Shown: positions 12,462 through 26,057, counted from the whole stretch's first letter. The stretch is 62,987 nt of DNA, filler included, from Perkinsus olseni (GCA_013115125.1; 5 parts of 5 records of this genome joined end to end with filler, not necessarily neighbours in it), one strand, 5' to 3'. A program made the numbers and translations. The notes: generated by a model from the sequence alone, not told the origin.

Positions 12462-12595
12462 TTCTTCTTCTTCTTCTTCTTCTTCTTCTTCTTCTTCTTC
12501 TTCTTCTTCTTCTTCTTCTTCTTCTTCTTCTTCTTCTTCTTCTTCTTCTTCTTCTTCTTCTTCTTCTTCTTCTTCTTCTTCTTCTTCTTCTTCTT
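12462..12595. repeat. (TTC)n microsatellite at contig end
   Basis: Pure TTC run ending at the N spacer. Confidence 0.98.
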
Positions 12596-12695
12596 NNNNN
12601 NNNNNNNNNNNNNNNNNNNNNNNNNNNNNNNNNNNNNNNTTAATTAATTAANNNNNNNNNNNNNNNNNNNNNNNNNNNNNNNNNNNNNNNNNNNN
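12596..12695. other. Artificial contig-joining spacer N44-TTAATTAATTAA-N44
   Basis: 100-nt linker with stops in all six frames; identical at 25231, 37846 and 50444. Confidence 0.98.
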
Positions 12696-12801
12696 GGGCC
12701 CTGAGTCACAATCGCTACGGAGAAATTAGAAAAAAACTTCATGTGATATAATTTTGTGGACGGGTTTATTTTCATACCACTCCTTTCCCAACTCTGTTCA
12801 G

Positions 12802-15800
12802 TCGCTAAGTTGACAGCTGATCTGAAGGCGAAGGATGCTGAATTGACGGCAGCTCGGGCGTCCGTGCAGAACGCGGAGAAGAAGATTCAGGAATTCGAAT
12901 CTAAGGTCGACCACTGAAGATTCCATTTGTTATCGGAGCGAAGTTTTTTTCAGGGTGGTTTGGCACGTAGTGATGCAGAAGCACTTCGGGAAAAGATACA
13001 TAATCTGGAGGAGGATCTGAAGCAGGCTAAGGTATGCTCGTCAGAGGTATCGGGTTCGAATCCCAGAGGCTGTACTTTTCTTCAGAGTGAAATTGACTTA
13101 GCGAACGCGAAGGCCGTGGAGGCCGGCAACGCCCTGAAGGACGCCAAGCAGGAGTACACGAGAGAGTTCATCAAGCGAGGGAAGGAGGCCGAGGCTCTGG
13201 TCGCGGCGAGGCAGGAGAGGGAGAGGGCGGTGGATGAGATGAAGAAGGATATCGAGGAGCTTGATAAGAAACTGAAGGAGAAAGATGAGGCTCATGCCGA
13301 GACCAAACGCCAGCTGAGCGCCGCGGAGGAGATGGTGAAACAGAGCGAGCAACGGATAAAGGCGTTGGGAGAAGAGAATGAGAAGTAGGGCTTGCCGAGG
13401 GAAGAGCATGTCTGTGCATGCGTGCTGCCAAATAGATACCAAACTTTGTTCACATCGGCGTCTTCGTCGTCGTCGGCTTCGCCGGCTTCTGGGAAGGAAG
13501 GAAAGGAGAGTGCGGCGACCGCTCCGTCCTCGCCGAATGAAGTTGGGAAGTTGAAGGCTCTACTGCAGCAAGTGAATGAGAGCAAGAAGCTTCTTATCGC
13601 AAGGGAACAGGAAGCGGTGAGTTTTTGAGGAATACAAGATTTGTCGAGATTGCAAGATTCTGCGTAGCTTCTCGAGTGTTCTCGTCATAAAGCGAGGTCG
13701 TTGGGTCTGGAAAAGGACCTCAATCGGCTGGAGGAGCGGTTGAGACAACAGGAGGATCACATCGAGAGAATGAGGGAGGCGGAGGAAAAGTAGGTCTTAG
13801 CGGAGCGAAGTTTCTTGTCATTTTTCGCGATGGTACAGATACTCGCTGCTGACGGCCAAGGTGCAGGAGTTGTCTATGTACGAGTCGGAGTATCAGCGGT
13901 TGAAGATGGATCGTGGTGAGAGCGCGACCTATTTTGTCGGTGCCGCGGGTCAAGCTCGAATACTCTTCAGAGACCCAGCGGCAGAACCTCCAAAAGACTC
14001 AATCTGAGCTGGATGCAGCCAAGGAAGAGAGCAGCAAGTTGAAGGCCCAGCTCAATGAGGTCAGACAATTTTCCTTAACAACGCACTATGAGAGCTTATA
14101 ATAATAATAATATCATCATCATCATCGTCACTGGTATATTGATGATAGTAGTAAGATGAGTTTTATGCGCATGTAGCGCACAGGTGTCTGAAGGGAGTTA
14201 TTTTTTGGGATTAAATGCCCGGCCAATAAATTGATCCTATGCAATGCAGCTCACCGTGGGGAGTGATAATATACAGCTATCTACCTTGTAACCCACAGGG
14301 TTAGCGACTCATTTCATATCTGGGGTTTTACTCATTTTTCGTGCTATAGCCGTGAGCGGAGGTTGAGGCTCCATGCTAGCCTACGCCATTTGCAAAGTGT
14401 AGATTGAGGTTTGTCTCTAATTATAGTACTTTCAGCGAGGGGCCGAGTATGGTGGATACTTCTACTACCGAACTAGATCGTACGGAGCGCAGTCCATCCT
14501 CCTTCAGAGTACTGAAAGGTTCCGCCATCAGAGCGCGGCGATGAAGGCGACGGCAGCAAAGGCTGAGCGGTTTGAGAAGCTGCACGCTGAGTTGACAAAG
14601 AAGTAGGGGACAATGTGTGAGTTGCATGGGTCGACCTAAGATACGTTAGATACGCTAACATGGAGCCAGCAGAGGTGGCCAAGCTGAAGGAGAATGAGGG
14701 TAAACTAAAGGCTGAGCTAGCACAAGTCCACGCGCAACTGAAAGAGAAGGTAACGAGGAGGATAATCTTCGTAGTTGAGGATAAAAAATAAGCTCATTTT
14801 TCCGCTTATTCTGGTGACTCGGAGAATTTCGAAGTCGCTGCTGGCCTGATCTCGGACGGGCGCATGGTGAAAGCGTCAGTCGAGGTGCAGCCTCCGGTAG
14901 TTGGTCAGATGAGGCGTACGGAGTCAGAATTTGTGTGGACGGGATTGGTGTCTTGCGGTTTTAGAGCGCCAAGGTGGAATCTCTGCAGAGTGCATCGAAG
15001 GCATTGCAAGCTCGGGCGGCCGAACTCGCCAATCAGGTAATGGGAGAGCGCGGTCTTATTTGTTAGTCTGCCTGCACTCGTGATGAGTGGAGGTAGAACA
15101 CGGTTTTTCTCCTCCCGGGGATTGAACCGGGGACCTCAGGACGCCCGTCTCTGTGGCTACTGCACGACGTCTGCGAGTGTGGTTGTCCTGCAGCTCGGCC
15201 ACCATAGCTAAAATTAAACTCTTGTTCATCTCGCGGCCCACCATCCGGGCCGGCTATGGGCGATTATTTGTATCGTGCAGGTCCGCACCAATGAGGCTAA
15301 CATGAACACTGTGAAGCAGGAAGCTGAGAAGAAGGCGAAGAATCTTGAAGAACAGGTTGGCCAAGGAAGATACGGTGAGTTAAGATTCCCTCGACCTCTG
15401 TCAGTTGTCGATGAAAGTGCGGTTGCTGAACCAAGAGCAGGGGATGCGCAAGCTGAGAGACAACCGCATCAAGGATCTCGGAGAGCAAATGAAGAAGATG
15501 GAGGAACAGTTGAGAGAGGAGGAGAAGAAAGTCAAGACGGCTGCGGGCGCAGCATCAGCTGCAGCAGCAGAGCAGCAACAGGCTAAGGTATGAGCCGTAA
15601 TTTTGTGGCGCGCGAGAACTTCTTGGTGTAGGCGCAGACGAGCTCGGCTACCCAAACGGCCGGAGTGGCTGTCAGCAGCGCTCAGCCGACGACGAGCCGG
15701 GTGGTGAGGGACAAGCGGAATATAGAGTTGCTCCAGGGGTCAGCTAAGATACTGCAGGTAGGGCTACATGCATTGTGCGGGGAGTATCGATTGGAGTGGT

Positions 15801-16491
15801 ATTGATTTGACTGCTCTCTACGCCGGAATACGAGCTGTTTTTTAGGAGTATCGAATTCAGCTGAGCAAGGCGTTAGTAGCATTGAAGAAGTCAGGGGAGG
15901 GGTCCCAGCCGGCTGCTGCCGCGGCGGCGATGGGCGTAGGCGCGCAAAAACGGAAGCATCCCGAGCAGGACCCAGAGGGGGGGGGAGGGACTGCTGGAGG
16001 GCCTAATAGCAAGATCAGTCGTGTGGAGAAACAGGAGCAGGCTGGAGAGAGTAACGAAAGGAGTGGTATAGAGTTGAGTGCATGTAAATACTCTCAGGTG
16101 GTGGAGTTGCATCGTCGACATCATCATCCAGCAGTGCAACAGAAGCAACAGCAGCAGCAGCAACTACAGCGCCAGGTGGGGGTCTTCGCCAGAAGGTTCC
16201 TATCGTACTTCTAGTTTTTCTGAAGAATAAATTGTTATAGGAAAACAAAATCCATCATTGTTGCAGATTACCCAGCGCGGCCCTGATGTGTTTCATCGTA
16301 TGATGACGGCTGTAACTTATGAATGCTGCTATTCCTCAAAGCCGCCAGGCGGCGGCGGCCGCCTAGCAGCAGCTCCTTGAAGTGTTGTTATTCCCTCAGA
16401 GCCAACGACCACCACCACGGATGCAGCAGAGGAAGACAAGTCAGTAGGGGAAGAGCAGCACCCGCCTCCTCCTCCTTCGACCACGGAGTAG
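12802..16491 (+). CDS. 5'-truncated multi-exon long coiled-coil protein, possibly TPR/Mlp-like nuclear basket protein
   Basis: More than 12 E/K/A/Q-rich exons; KYANMEPAEVAKLK resembles a late Mlp/TPR coiled-coil motif; low-complexity tail with NLS-like QKRKH...KISR. The gene is clear, the family call is tentative. Confidence 0.6.
15107..15211 (-). pseudogene. tRNA-derived relic in an intron
   Basis: Reverse complement has A-box-like TGGTGGCCGAGCTG and T-arm GAGGTCCCCGGTTCAATCCCCGGG; acceptor stem does not pair. Confidence 0.6.
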
Positions 16492-16621
16492 ATGACGACG
16501 ATTCGTTAATCTAGTTTCTCAACGTACGGTATCGATCTTGATTCATTACGTATTTCACTGCACCCAGGTGCTGTGTTGAGTTGACAGGCTTTCTAGTCGG
16601 TGGCGTAGTTTTTATCCCAAA

Positions 16622-17999
16622 ATGCTCCGCACTGGTGGTGGCCACACGGCAGGAGCATCCACGCCGTCCTCCTCCTCCTCGTCGCATGCCGCTCGAGGGG
16701 AAGCCTGTTTCCAGAGAATGGAGAAGTGCAATGCTGAGGTGCTGGCACTACTGTAATAAGGCTGCTGCCCCACCGTTCGCTTGCGTTGGAGAGCAACTGA
16801 CCATTGGCCCACCAACTAACTTCCTGCGGTATTCCTCACCACTAAGGAATCTACTGCCTCGTATTACCCGGATGATCAGCACGTGGAGAATTTTTGTGAA
16901 ATGCTGAAAATATTTGCAGAGGGCGAAAAACTCCTCGGGGGAATCTTTCAGCGGCTGAGTTGTTGATGAACGCTGTCGTCCGGAGCTGCATGGGCCGTGG
17001 GAAGGATTCTTGCCTCAGCTCGTGTCGCCGTCAGATACGGCGCCACGGTAAGGCAGCTGCTGGTGGATTATGATGGCAATTTCGATAAGGTGAATGGAGA
17101 GCTGTACAGGATGGGTACCGATATCGGCGCCCGCCTGCTGGACGAGTTCCTTATAAAGAGTCGAGTGCCGCCTTGTCAGGACTTCAGAGACGCCTGTGAG
17201 GTGATAAGGATGATAGATGTTCCACCCGGGGATCGAACCTGCGCCTGATGCATTTTAGGTTATGAGCAAAGTAGCACTGAAGATGTATCTTGGTGTAGCC
17301 GGAGAGTGTGTCGACTGGGACAACAGCACAGAGGGGAGGAAGTGCCGGCTGGTAGAGCGACAGCTTCGCTCCACCCTTTTTTCCTCAGCAGCATTGCACG
17401 TCCGTGCATGACACTCCTTGCAGGTGCTTCCAGTGAACCCTCTCAATGACTTTGTAGAGCTGCCCATGGACCTCAGACGCCAGCCACCGGATGCTGTCTC
17501 GCAAGGACAAAGCGGACCTATTCTGTGAGTGTCTGGTCCTCGTCGCTGTGCGGGTTTCCTTCGATCTCCCTCGTACCATAGCTAGCATTGATGTTTGGTG
17601 CCCTTCTCTTCCCACACCATCGAGGTGGGGTCTGCTGGCGGGGAGGGCGGCCTGGACATACGAACTGTCGTTGCGAAATCAACGCCCGGACCGTGGCAGT
17701 ATGAGTCGGGTCGTCTCAGGTACTACAGCAACATCCTTTGCGGTGTCATCGCGGGAGCGATGGAGCAGCTGAGGATGAACGTACTGGTTATCGGTCGGTT
17801 GTCTGAGAAGGATATGGTGGTCATGGTCAGGTTGCTGTCCAATTCGAGAGTGATGTTCTGCTAGGGGACGAGACAACAGTTATCAGCCTTGAGCTGCTTG
17901 AGGTGAGTAGTGTCGAGGCTGGGGATCGAACCCACGACCTTTCGGTTACAGATCGTGTCTGATGAGATCCGTGAAGACTCTGATAGCGATGCTGAGTAA
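16622..17999 (+). CDS. BET3: TRAPP complex subunit Bet3/TRAPPC3, multi-exon
   Basis: NAEVLALLYGATVRQLL, MGTDIGARLLDEFL, KVALKMYLG, NPLNDFVELP, YSNILCGVIAGAMEQL. Confidence 0.92.
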
Positions 18000-18089
18000 A
18001 CTGTGAAGAACCGTTTCCTGGTATTAATCGGTTTCCTCTTCTCTATGTAATGCGTTTTGCGTGGAGAGATCTCGCGACACAACCGCTGT

Positions 18090-18205
18090 GTAGGAGCCTC
18101 CTACTAGGAGGGGGACAGCATCACTATGATGTGACTAGGAATAACGGTGGGGGTGTGTAGGAGGGGACAGCATCACTATGATGTGACTAGGAATAACAGT
18201 GGGGG
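18090..18205. repeat. ~50-bp tandem duplication; first copy carries a 14-nt palindromic scar
   Basis: GGGGACAGCATCACTATGATGTGACTAGGAATAAC occurs twice. Confidence 0.9.
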
Positions 18206-18251
18206 GAGAGTCGAGAAGCTGATGGGGCATATCTAGTTGTGTTGATTCATA

Positions 18252-19400
18252 ATGGGTAATTACTTGTGGAGTCCCAAGAAGGTCGCGTCCAAGGACTACT
18301 TCGAAGAGTTCATATTCGGCCAGAATGGAGTTCATCACGTTATCAAGAGGTAGTCTGCCGTCTCAGACACTCCCCAGCTTGTCACCCATCCACCAGGTCC
18401 TTCACCATCGCTGCCAGCAAGAAGGTGGCCCCAGCAGAAGCGGAAAGCTTCAAACAGTGAGTTTCAAGCCCCCGGTCTCTCCAGGGGGTCACTGTAGCGG
18501 TGGTGCTCAGGTTTGTTGATTTGTCGGCCAAGTTCCTGTTGGTACATCATTTACAAGAGGATGAGCATATCTTTCCGTTCTACAGGAAGCATTTGAAGGA
18601 CGCTACGGCCCTGGAAGGGGAAGTAGACGAGCATGAGGAGGTAGGCGCCGCCTTGCGGGCTCGGAGTTGGCCTAGGTCTTCTATGCCGCTGCAGGTCTCG
18701 AGACTGTTGGTGGATCTAGAGGAGAACCTGAAGCAGGACAAGATCAGCGATGCGCAGAAAATCTGTGAGGATTTCTCAAGAGTGTGCGGTTGACGTGATT
18801 GCTGTCTTCGCAGGTGCTGCGATCCGTGATATGATGTGTGACAATGTGAACGGTCACCTGGTGAGAGAGGAGAAGATCCTCACGCCAGAGGCCTTCCGGG
18901 AGCATGGTATTTCGGGGCCTTCGCCTCTCCTGGGTGGTGGACGTGGCGTTTCCCTCAGCCACTGAGAAGGAGGTGCGCGATCTGTCTACTGCCATACACG
19001 GCATGATCAAGGACCACATGAACAAAATGGATAGTCTTATCTTCATGATGTAACAGCATGGGAATCAAGCTCCACCCGGAGGACCATGGTGATACTATTA
19101 GTTATAATATGAACGACGCCGAGAAGGCCTTCTTCGATGAGAGGATGCCCTGGATCATGACCTACTTGATCTTCCCTATAGCCGCCAACAAGAAGCCCGA
19201 AGTGTAAGCATCATTCGGATGCTGTAGTACTCGATACCTCCTGACAGGTTCGCTCACTGCGCTTTCCCCCGCTACTCGAGTCCAGATAGACTGGGATGGT
19301 ACGGTGAATGCCCGCCAGGTGAGAGTGGAGGTGCCCTTAAGCGTTGTTAAGGCTCCTCATGTCCTCAGTTCCTGCCGAGCTCCCCACAGACCTCCAATAA
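18252..19400 (+). CDS. Hemerythrin/HHE cation-binding domain protein, multi-exon
   Basis: HHLQEDEHIFP, DEHEE and HLVREEKIL match the HxxxE...H...HxxxEE ligand pattern. Confidence 0.8.
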
Positions 19401-19621
19401 GGTATCGTAAAGATTCCTGATCATCACGAGCAATGGTGTATACAGCACTACCTTGTTGCTACTCGATGCCCGATGGTATTCCCGTCCAGACGGCAGATAG
19501 CCCCGACCCGCAATGCGGGACACGCATCTAGCGTTACTCCAGTACTAGCAGTACCGAATAGTTGTGTTAATATCAATCTTCATTGAGGTGATCTCTTGTA
19601 ACTATATAGTTGGTGGGGGAT

Positions 19622-22600
19622 ATGTCCAGGCCAGCTGCTGCGACGGATGGTTCTCCAACGACGTCATCGCTTCGGTCTTCCTACAGCGACGATACTAGTA
19701 GCTGCTCATTCTTCTCCTCGTCGTCGTCTTCGAGCTCTTCCTCCTCGGACTCGGGTATACCTGAGTGGGGGGAAGGTGAGCCTACACACTAACACATAAT
19801 GGTGTTCACCCCTGTCCTCAGTACCGCTAGTCGTGCCCTCTCCCGCTGCTGGTAGTGACGGCCTTTGCCGAATCGGTGATTCAGAATTCTCAGGGCTGAG
19901 AGGTGACGGACACAAAATGGGATCGCTTGCGAATCCAAGCACCTCGTTGCAGGATCGTCTCGGACAACCAGTCTGCTTGCTTGGCCTGCTGCAGAAGGGA
20001 AGCTGAAGTCATCAGTGGAGCTCTCAAGCCTCAGGCTGCATCGAGGCGCCATCTCAGTGTCCAACGGCCAAAAATTGATACTGCGGGATTGCGGTATGGA
20101 TGAATGCAGAGTGGGCGTTGAGAAGCCCTTGATCTTTCAATGACCTTGGCTGTGCTCAGGTGTCCGTTGGCGACGGTGCGGAACTTGTTCTTGAGAGGTG
20201 CAAGTGGACGTCGGGCCTCCGTCCCGCTGTTCACGTGTGCTGGTCGACGGCGCCGGTGGACACTCCTCCGCGGATAGAGATCAATGACTGTCATTTCTCT
20301 GATATGCACGTAGCTGTATCACTAGAGGTGAGTCGGACCGCTCTACAGTGGAATCACTACCTTGACGAATGATTCTTTTCCCGTTTGCATCGCGAAGGGT
20401 GGAGCTCACCGTGGTACCTGCTGTCCACGACCGAAATATCCTAAATGGGCGCGTTGGAGGCATGTCTTGGGAGGGACATATATTTGTTTAACACTTTCTG
20501 TGGGCGACAGTCGCCCGTCGACTCTGTGAGAGGCTCTCACTCACAGCAATTCCCTTGAAATCGCCTATGGCCCGACCTTCCCTATGGCATGCCTCACCTC
20601 ACCCTTACCCTAGCCTCGCATCAATCATTGGGATCTAGCGTGATGCCCTGCCAGCTATCGGCCAGGTATAGACTTTCGCGATGCACTGTAGCAAGACATG
20701 GTCAGAAAGGGCCCATCAGTGGGATGCTTCGGATGCATCGCATCCTCTGACGCTCCATGGGTGACCAAGCACCAAGCTGTAGGCTGAGGACCAAGGAGAC
20801 TCCTATATTCCAGGCCGTCGATGTTTCGGCAATATACTCGGGCTCTGATGAGGATCGGAGGAGATGGGAAATTCTTACTGAGAATTTGAAGGAGATTGTC
20901 CCGTTGTTGAAGGGAGGTTGAATGTTGGTATCGAGCAAATGAAGATTGTGATTGTTTCTAGTGCTTCGGCTAGTCTCATCACTGGAGCAGCAGTGAAGGT
21001 CCCAGGTGTCGAGTCTGAAAATACGGAAGAAAGCAACTTGACGTCCTTGACAGAAGAACTTGTGTCGATATCACAGTATGCCGGCGTTTTCGTTCTCTCC
21101 CCATCTGGACGACCAATGATCACTCTTAGTAGCGCTGACGGCCGTTGAGGCAGCGCCCTCATTTAAGAACTAATTACGGTTCTTCCAGACGCCGGTGGCC
21201 CGCCCTAGTAGCTGTGGGGTTCAACTCTCCTTGGGCTTCAGCCAACTTGCTCATTCCCAAAAGGGCGGCTAAGGAAATTATTATTAGTGGCGCATGAGTC
21301 AACCGGTTCGGTTCCCCCGGTCGAGCAGACCGCTGGCTTGCCACCTCCGCAGCAGCAGCCTCAGCTGACGTTCTACCGGACGGTCAGCGTCCAGAGCTAC
21401 CGGAGCCGCCGCGTGGTTCTCACCCTCAAGAAAACGCCCAGGTCCGAGCCGGTGACCTGCCGGCGGTCGATGCTGCTAGGGCCAACGAGGCACTTGCTAA
21501 TGACGAGATCATTTTCGACTCAAAAATTTCGAGATGGCAACCCCTATCAGGGCCTCGTTCAAGGCGGAAAAGAGGTTTTGCCTGCTTTCGCCGTTTCCTT
21601 CCTGAAAGAGAAGCTGGTCGCTCAGGCGCTGGTTCCTTCCCAGCGCCCTCCAAGGAAGAGCCCGCGGAGGATTCAGGGGTAGCCGAGGCCTTGCTGAAGG
21701 AGTTCGAACGAAAGTTCAAGGTCCAAGTACCTGCCAGATTCCTTGTGTCTTCAAGGACATTCGGCGAACTCAAGGAGCATGTCCGGAAGATGAATGCGTC
21801 TACGTTGCCAACCATCGGGCTGGCCGCCAGCGGCTGGCGGCAAGCGCAAGATGAAGATAGATCTGAGCTCCGGTGAACTTGAGGTGGATGATGCCCCTGA
21901 GATGCCGCAAAGCACCACATTCCCGGCTGCCAATGAAACCTACCTGGATGGGGCTCTAAAGAGCGTCCCTCTGAGTCCTCCCAGGATCGAGTGTCTTCGG
22001 GAAGCATTGGATGGCGCTCTTCCTCCGAAGTCTCGACTCGCGGATGGAGTGTCATTATCAGTTGGAGAAGCTCCGTCTGTTCTGGAGGGGACTGCTGTCA
22101 GAGTGGAGAACTTGGGTCTTTCCGAATTTCCTCGTCTTGTCGTTTCGGGTCGCAGACAGGTGTGGCCGTTTGCCCAAGGGTTATGAATCGGACAATGTTC
22201 AGAAAGAGTTCGAGAGAAATGTGCTCGCGTGTATTTGTCATCACTTTTTCTCTTATCAGAATGGGATGGAGATCAGCACTCTCTGCATGTTTCAGTTAGA
22301 AGCCTTCCCCTCCACTGACGGGGTGCAACAGCGCACTATACCGCCAGATTCTGTCCCAACCGTTGGACTGCATCACTGCACTTTCACGGACATACGCGGA
22401 GCAGCGATCGTTGTAGCCGTACACATCCGATCTCCACTAGTAACGTTATACCGCTACTACGCAGCTTATCCTTGTTTCTCTCAGGCTGCTGACCAAACCG
22501 ATTCTTCTGATAAGGACTCCGTCTACCATTTCAACTTGAGTACTCTGATGGTAGCTGACGAGTCTTCCCTCTCCTATGAGAGATGTCCCGCTCGATTCGA

Positions 22601-23477
22601 GGTTTCCTTTGGAGGATCGAAATTGCTACGACCGTTCAGGTGAGGGACAGCTCTGTGCTCGGCTGCAGGCAGTGCTTACCCCATAGACTTCTCGTTATTC
22701 TACAGTTTCTCGTCGTGGCCCCCTCCCTCCGGCGAGTATCTCACACCACGTCGGGGATCATCAGGACGAGGGGCACAGCAAGTGAAGGTGGGTTTAGCCA
22801 CTCCTCATGCGCACTTAGGAGTTCTCATCAGGCGGTGGTATCAGCAGATCGCTCGCGGTTAGAGATTGTATGCCCTCCAGTTGCGTTCTCCTCGGGACGA
22901 AAGAGGGCAGGCAGGAAGGCGTCGTCGTCACAAGTCTCGGTTTGGATGGAGACGCTCGGATTGAGCGATGAAGGTGTGAATGGGTTACAATGAGTGCGGT
23001 CGTAGCGACGCTTCAGCAGAGCAAGCCGTCTAGGATCGGTGAGGGTCCTCCTACTGCCGCTAATGATACGTAAAAAATCATTCGGAGGGGATTCGATTGC
23101 GTTGATTGAGGTTCGCTCGTGTCGAGCTGTCCCTGCAGCATAAGAGATAAGCTATCAATGCTAGATATTCATTTCCTCGGACACTAATCGGGCGAATTCC
23201 TGCTGTGAAGCCGTGGCCCGTGGCTGTTGGTTCAACCGGGTGATGTGGTTCAGATATCAACGCTCTATCACGCGAGGCCATCATGTCAGCATTTCGGAAG
23301 CGCAGCTTGTCGGTCCACCCCGATAAGCGAGGGGCGTCGGCATCCCCGGGAAGCACTCCAGCCGCTGACAACAGCAGCCCAGAAGATTTCATTAGCCTTG
23401 TAGAAGCGAGAGATGGATTACTCCAGTGTTTGGCAAGTCGGCGTGATACCGCGAAACGTAGCAGGCGGCGGAGGTAG
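19622..23477 (+). CDS. Multi-exon protein with beta-helix-like repeats and a C-terminal J-domain
   Basis: Last exon AFRKRSLSVHPDKR...FISLVEARDGL (HPD motif); internal exons IEINDCHFSD and GLHHCTFTD; ~2-kb intron ~20328-22297. Exon chain approximate. Confidence 0.65.
20720..21880 (+). mobile_element. Decayed LTR-retrotransposon-like fragments (protease-like and gag-like) inside an intron
   Basis: CPVVEGRLNVGIEQMKIVIVSSASASLIT resembles retropepsin (hhDSGASxSLI with D and G lost); YQGLVQGGKEVLPAF resembles retrotransposon gag; stops and frameshifts present. Confidence 0.5.
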
Positions 23478-23676
23478 TAGTAGTAACGATGTTTCTTCCG
23501 TTTGAAGCCTTGTGTTTCTCAGTAGGAGAACGAGAGTCGTTCTTTGGGGCGATGCCGAGATAAATGGGAAACTATAAGTCACATTAGAGGGAGGTGACAG
23601 TCGGGGTGGAGTATGCAGGGGTAAAAAGTGTTCGATGCTTCCGGCACTTCCGGCAGCGGTAAGCGAAAATAGTTCC

Positions 23677-24430
23677 TTAATTCCGATGACCAATGGGAAT
23701 CCCCTGGCGTGCGCCCTGTATATCGAACAGCTTGGCGAGCTTCTTTTTCGTGCACTTAAACGGTTTTCCATCCGATGCTTCTCCGGGGCGCTGATTATTT
23801 CTCCTGGTCACCATAAGAGCCCTCAGTCGTGCCAAATTATACACGTCTCTCGAGTGGTGCCCACAAGGGGCGACAACGCACTCGTATGCCTCCATCAGCT
23901 GTTCTTGGTTCTGTGTAATGGCCTTCTCCACACACTGTGTCTTATTTTTCATGTTGACTTCGACCTCGGCGCTGGCACTGCAGTCTGGTAAGCGCATGAG
24001 AGCTGAGTCCACCGGAGGGTATATGGAGGTGAGCATCACCGTGATGGAGGGGAATACTCACCTATTGCTTCCCAGGTTGATGATTCTGTGGCGGAAAGGC
24101 TTGCCCAGCTGGAAAGCCAAGTGTCTAGGCTGAGCGAACAACTGTCGGCTTCTACTATTAGACTCACCGACTTTACAAAGACGGTGGGAGCTGGAAAGAA
24201 ATCGTTCTAGTCAATCGTGGACCGTTTAGGTAAAGAGCGCCCGATGCTGGTGCTGGGTTGAGTACGCAGACAGCGTGTTGAAATTGTCCCATAAATATAA
24301 ACCACTTGTTCACGGCGTGGTAACTACGGTTGAGTGGAAAGACAGTCGACCAACATCAAGCCGCATCTCTTACACGTAATACTAATAAGACTCATAGTCA
24401 CCCAGCTTCCCATATCTCGTCATGAAATCT
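23677..24430 (-). CDS. Hypothetical multi-exon protein
   Basis: 120-aa ORF 23677-24039 plus upstream GTGAG...CAG-bounded segments; no recognisable domain. Confidence 0.35.
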
Positions 24431-25230
24431 CATCCTCAGTGTGCAAGCTGGAAAGTTAATGGAGCTCGAGTACGGTAATGCTACAGCCTCGGGCTCCATC
24501 GCGAAGCCGACCGAGGAAATTGCAAGAAGGTTCGCAAACGTGATTCCTTTTGCGAGTCTGATGGAGAGAATAAGACATGATTTTGAAAGAGGCGGCATGT
24601 CGGACTACATATGTGGAAAGCTGATCGAACATGTCGAATCTAGCCCTCATGGCGGCTACAAGGCAGGGAAAGACTGGATAAAAGAATTCGTGAAGGACAA
24701 CATGAATACAGCCTTGAATCTACTACGACAGTACGGGCGTTATTCCAGGGAGGGCGTGAAGGATTCTACCTCCCGGTAAGCTACTCAATACTCTTGCGAG
24801 AGTCGTGTGAGATTGTGGTCATCACGGTGAGTATCTTTATTGTGTTAGTTGTGATGTTGATGTATTAGAGGATGAAGTGCCGAGTTGCTTCACTCAGTCA
24901 ATTCGTCGAAGGGTTGTGATGACTGCTCACCACGTTAGAACGTGGGGACTCTGATTAATATCTTTCACCAGGTCGTGAAGTACCGGGACGGGCGCCGCAG
25001 TAAGCTGAGGTGGGTTGAGCCACTCCTCAATGAGGAACCCCCCCATGCACGATTAGACAAGCCTTTTAACGGCGACCAAAAGTCCGAAAAGGTCGCAGAA
25101 AGTTGAGTGAAATCGATCAGATGTACAGTAGGGCCCTATCGTCGGCATCTCCGACGTTCCCGAGATCCCCGATTGACGAACGTGACATGGGTGAGATGAA
25201 TGCCAGAAGCAATGAACAAGACTAATGGGC

Positions 25231-25330
25231 NNNNNNNNNNNNNNNNNNNNNNNNNNNNNNNNNNNNNNNNNNNNTTAATTAATTAANNNNNNNNNNNNNN
25301 NNNNNNNNNNNNNNNNNNNNNNNNNNNNNN
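25231..25330. other. Artificial contig-joining spacer
   Basis: N44-TTAATTAATTAA-N44. Confidence 0.98.
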
Positions 25331-26057
25331 ATTGTCATTCTTGGATTCAACAATGTCATTCTTGTCTGCTCACGTGTCAAACTTGCACGGGAAATGGTGT
25401 AGTATTCCCTCCTCCTCCTCCTCCTACTGCTGCTGGCTCTGTCCCTATTTGGGATTACTACCAAGACTACCAGGGTGTTATCTATGTTCATGGCTCTCTA
25501 ATAAGCACTACCATCTTCATTGGAATAACTAGTTGGAATGAGTATATTGGCATTGATAATGTATTGTTGATTGTTGTCTAATGACATCAGTTCATCCCAC
25601 ATGACATCATTATCCTAAACTCTGTTATTTGCTTGCCCCTTCTCCGCCACCACTTTGGGTTCACAGATAATAACAACAGCATTATACTCCTCTCGATATT
25701 GTATCCTAGTAGTAGTCGTGTAAGTGTACCATCATCATTATTATACAGTCGCCCCTGTTCTCACTCCTCTTTGCTCTCACTGATATCATCCTTACCAATG
25801 GACTCTACATCATCGTGTTACTCAATCAGGGATATCGTGGGGAGGCGAGCGAGATTGATGTGATAACATTTCACGCAGTTCGCATGAAAACAGCATCTTA
25901 CGGGTAACAACAAGAGCTGTGCGCATCTACCCATCGACAGCGTCATACGAGTGTCATCTCCAATTGATCATGCTTGTAATCTCACATCAGTACGTGTCTC
26001 CTATTGTGTTGTCAATCTGACTCACTATCCGCTCGCAGCTTCCATTACTTACCACCA

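Noticed and set aside
12324-12651. Poly-Phe/poly-Ser ORFs (and poly-Cys/Asn/Ile/Leu ORFs at 34179, 36271-36619 and 37894-38122)
   Set aside because: Translations of microsatellites and N-spacers.
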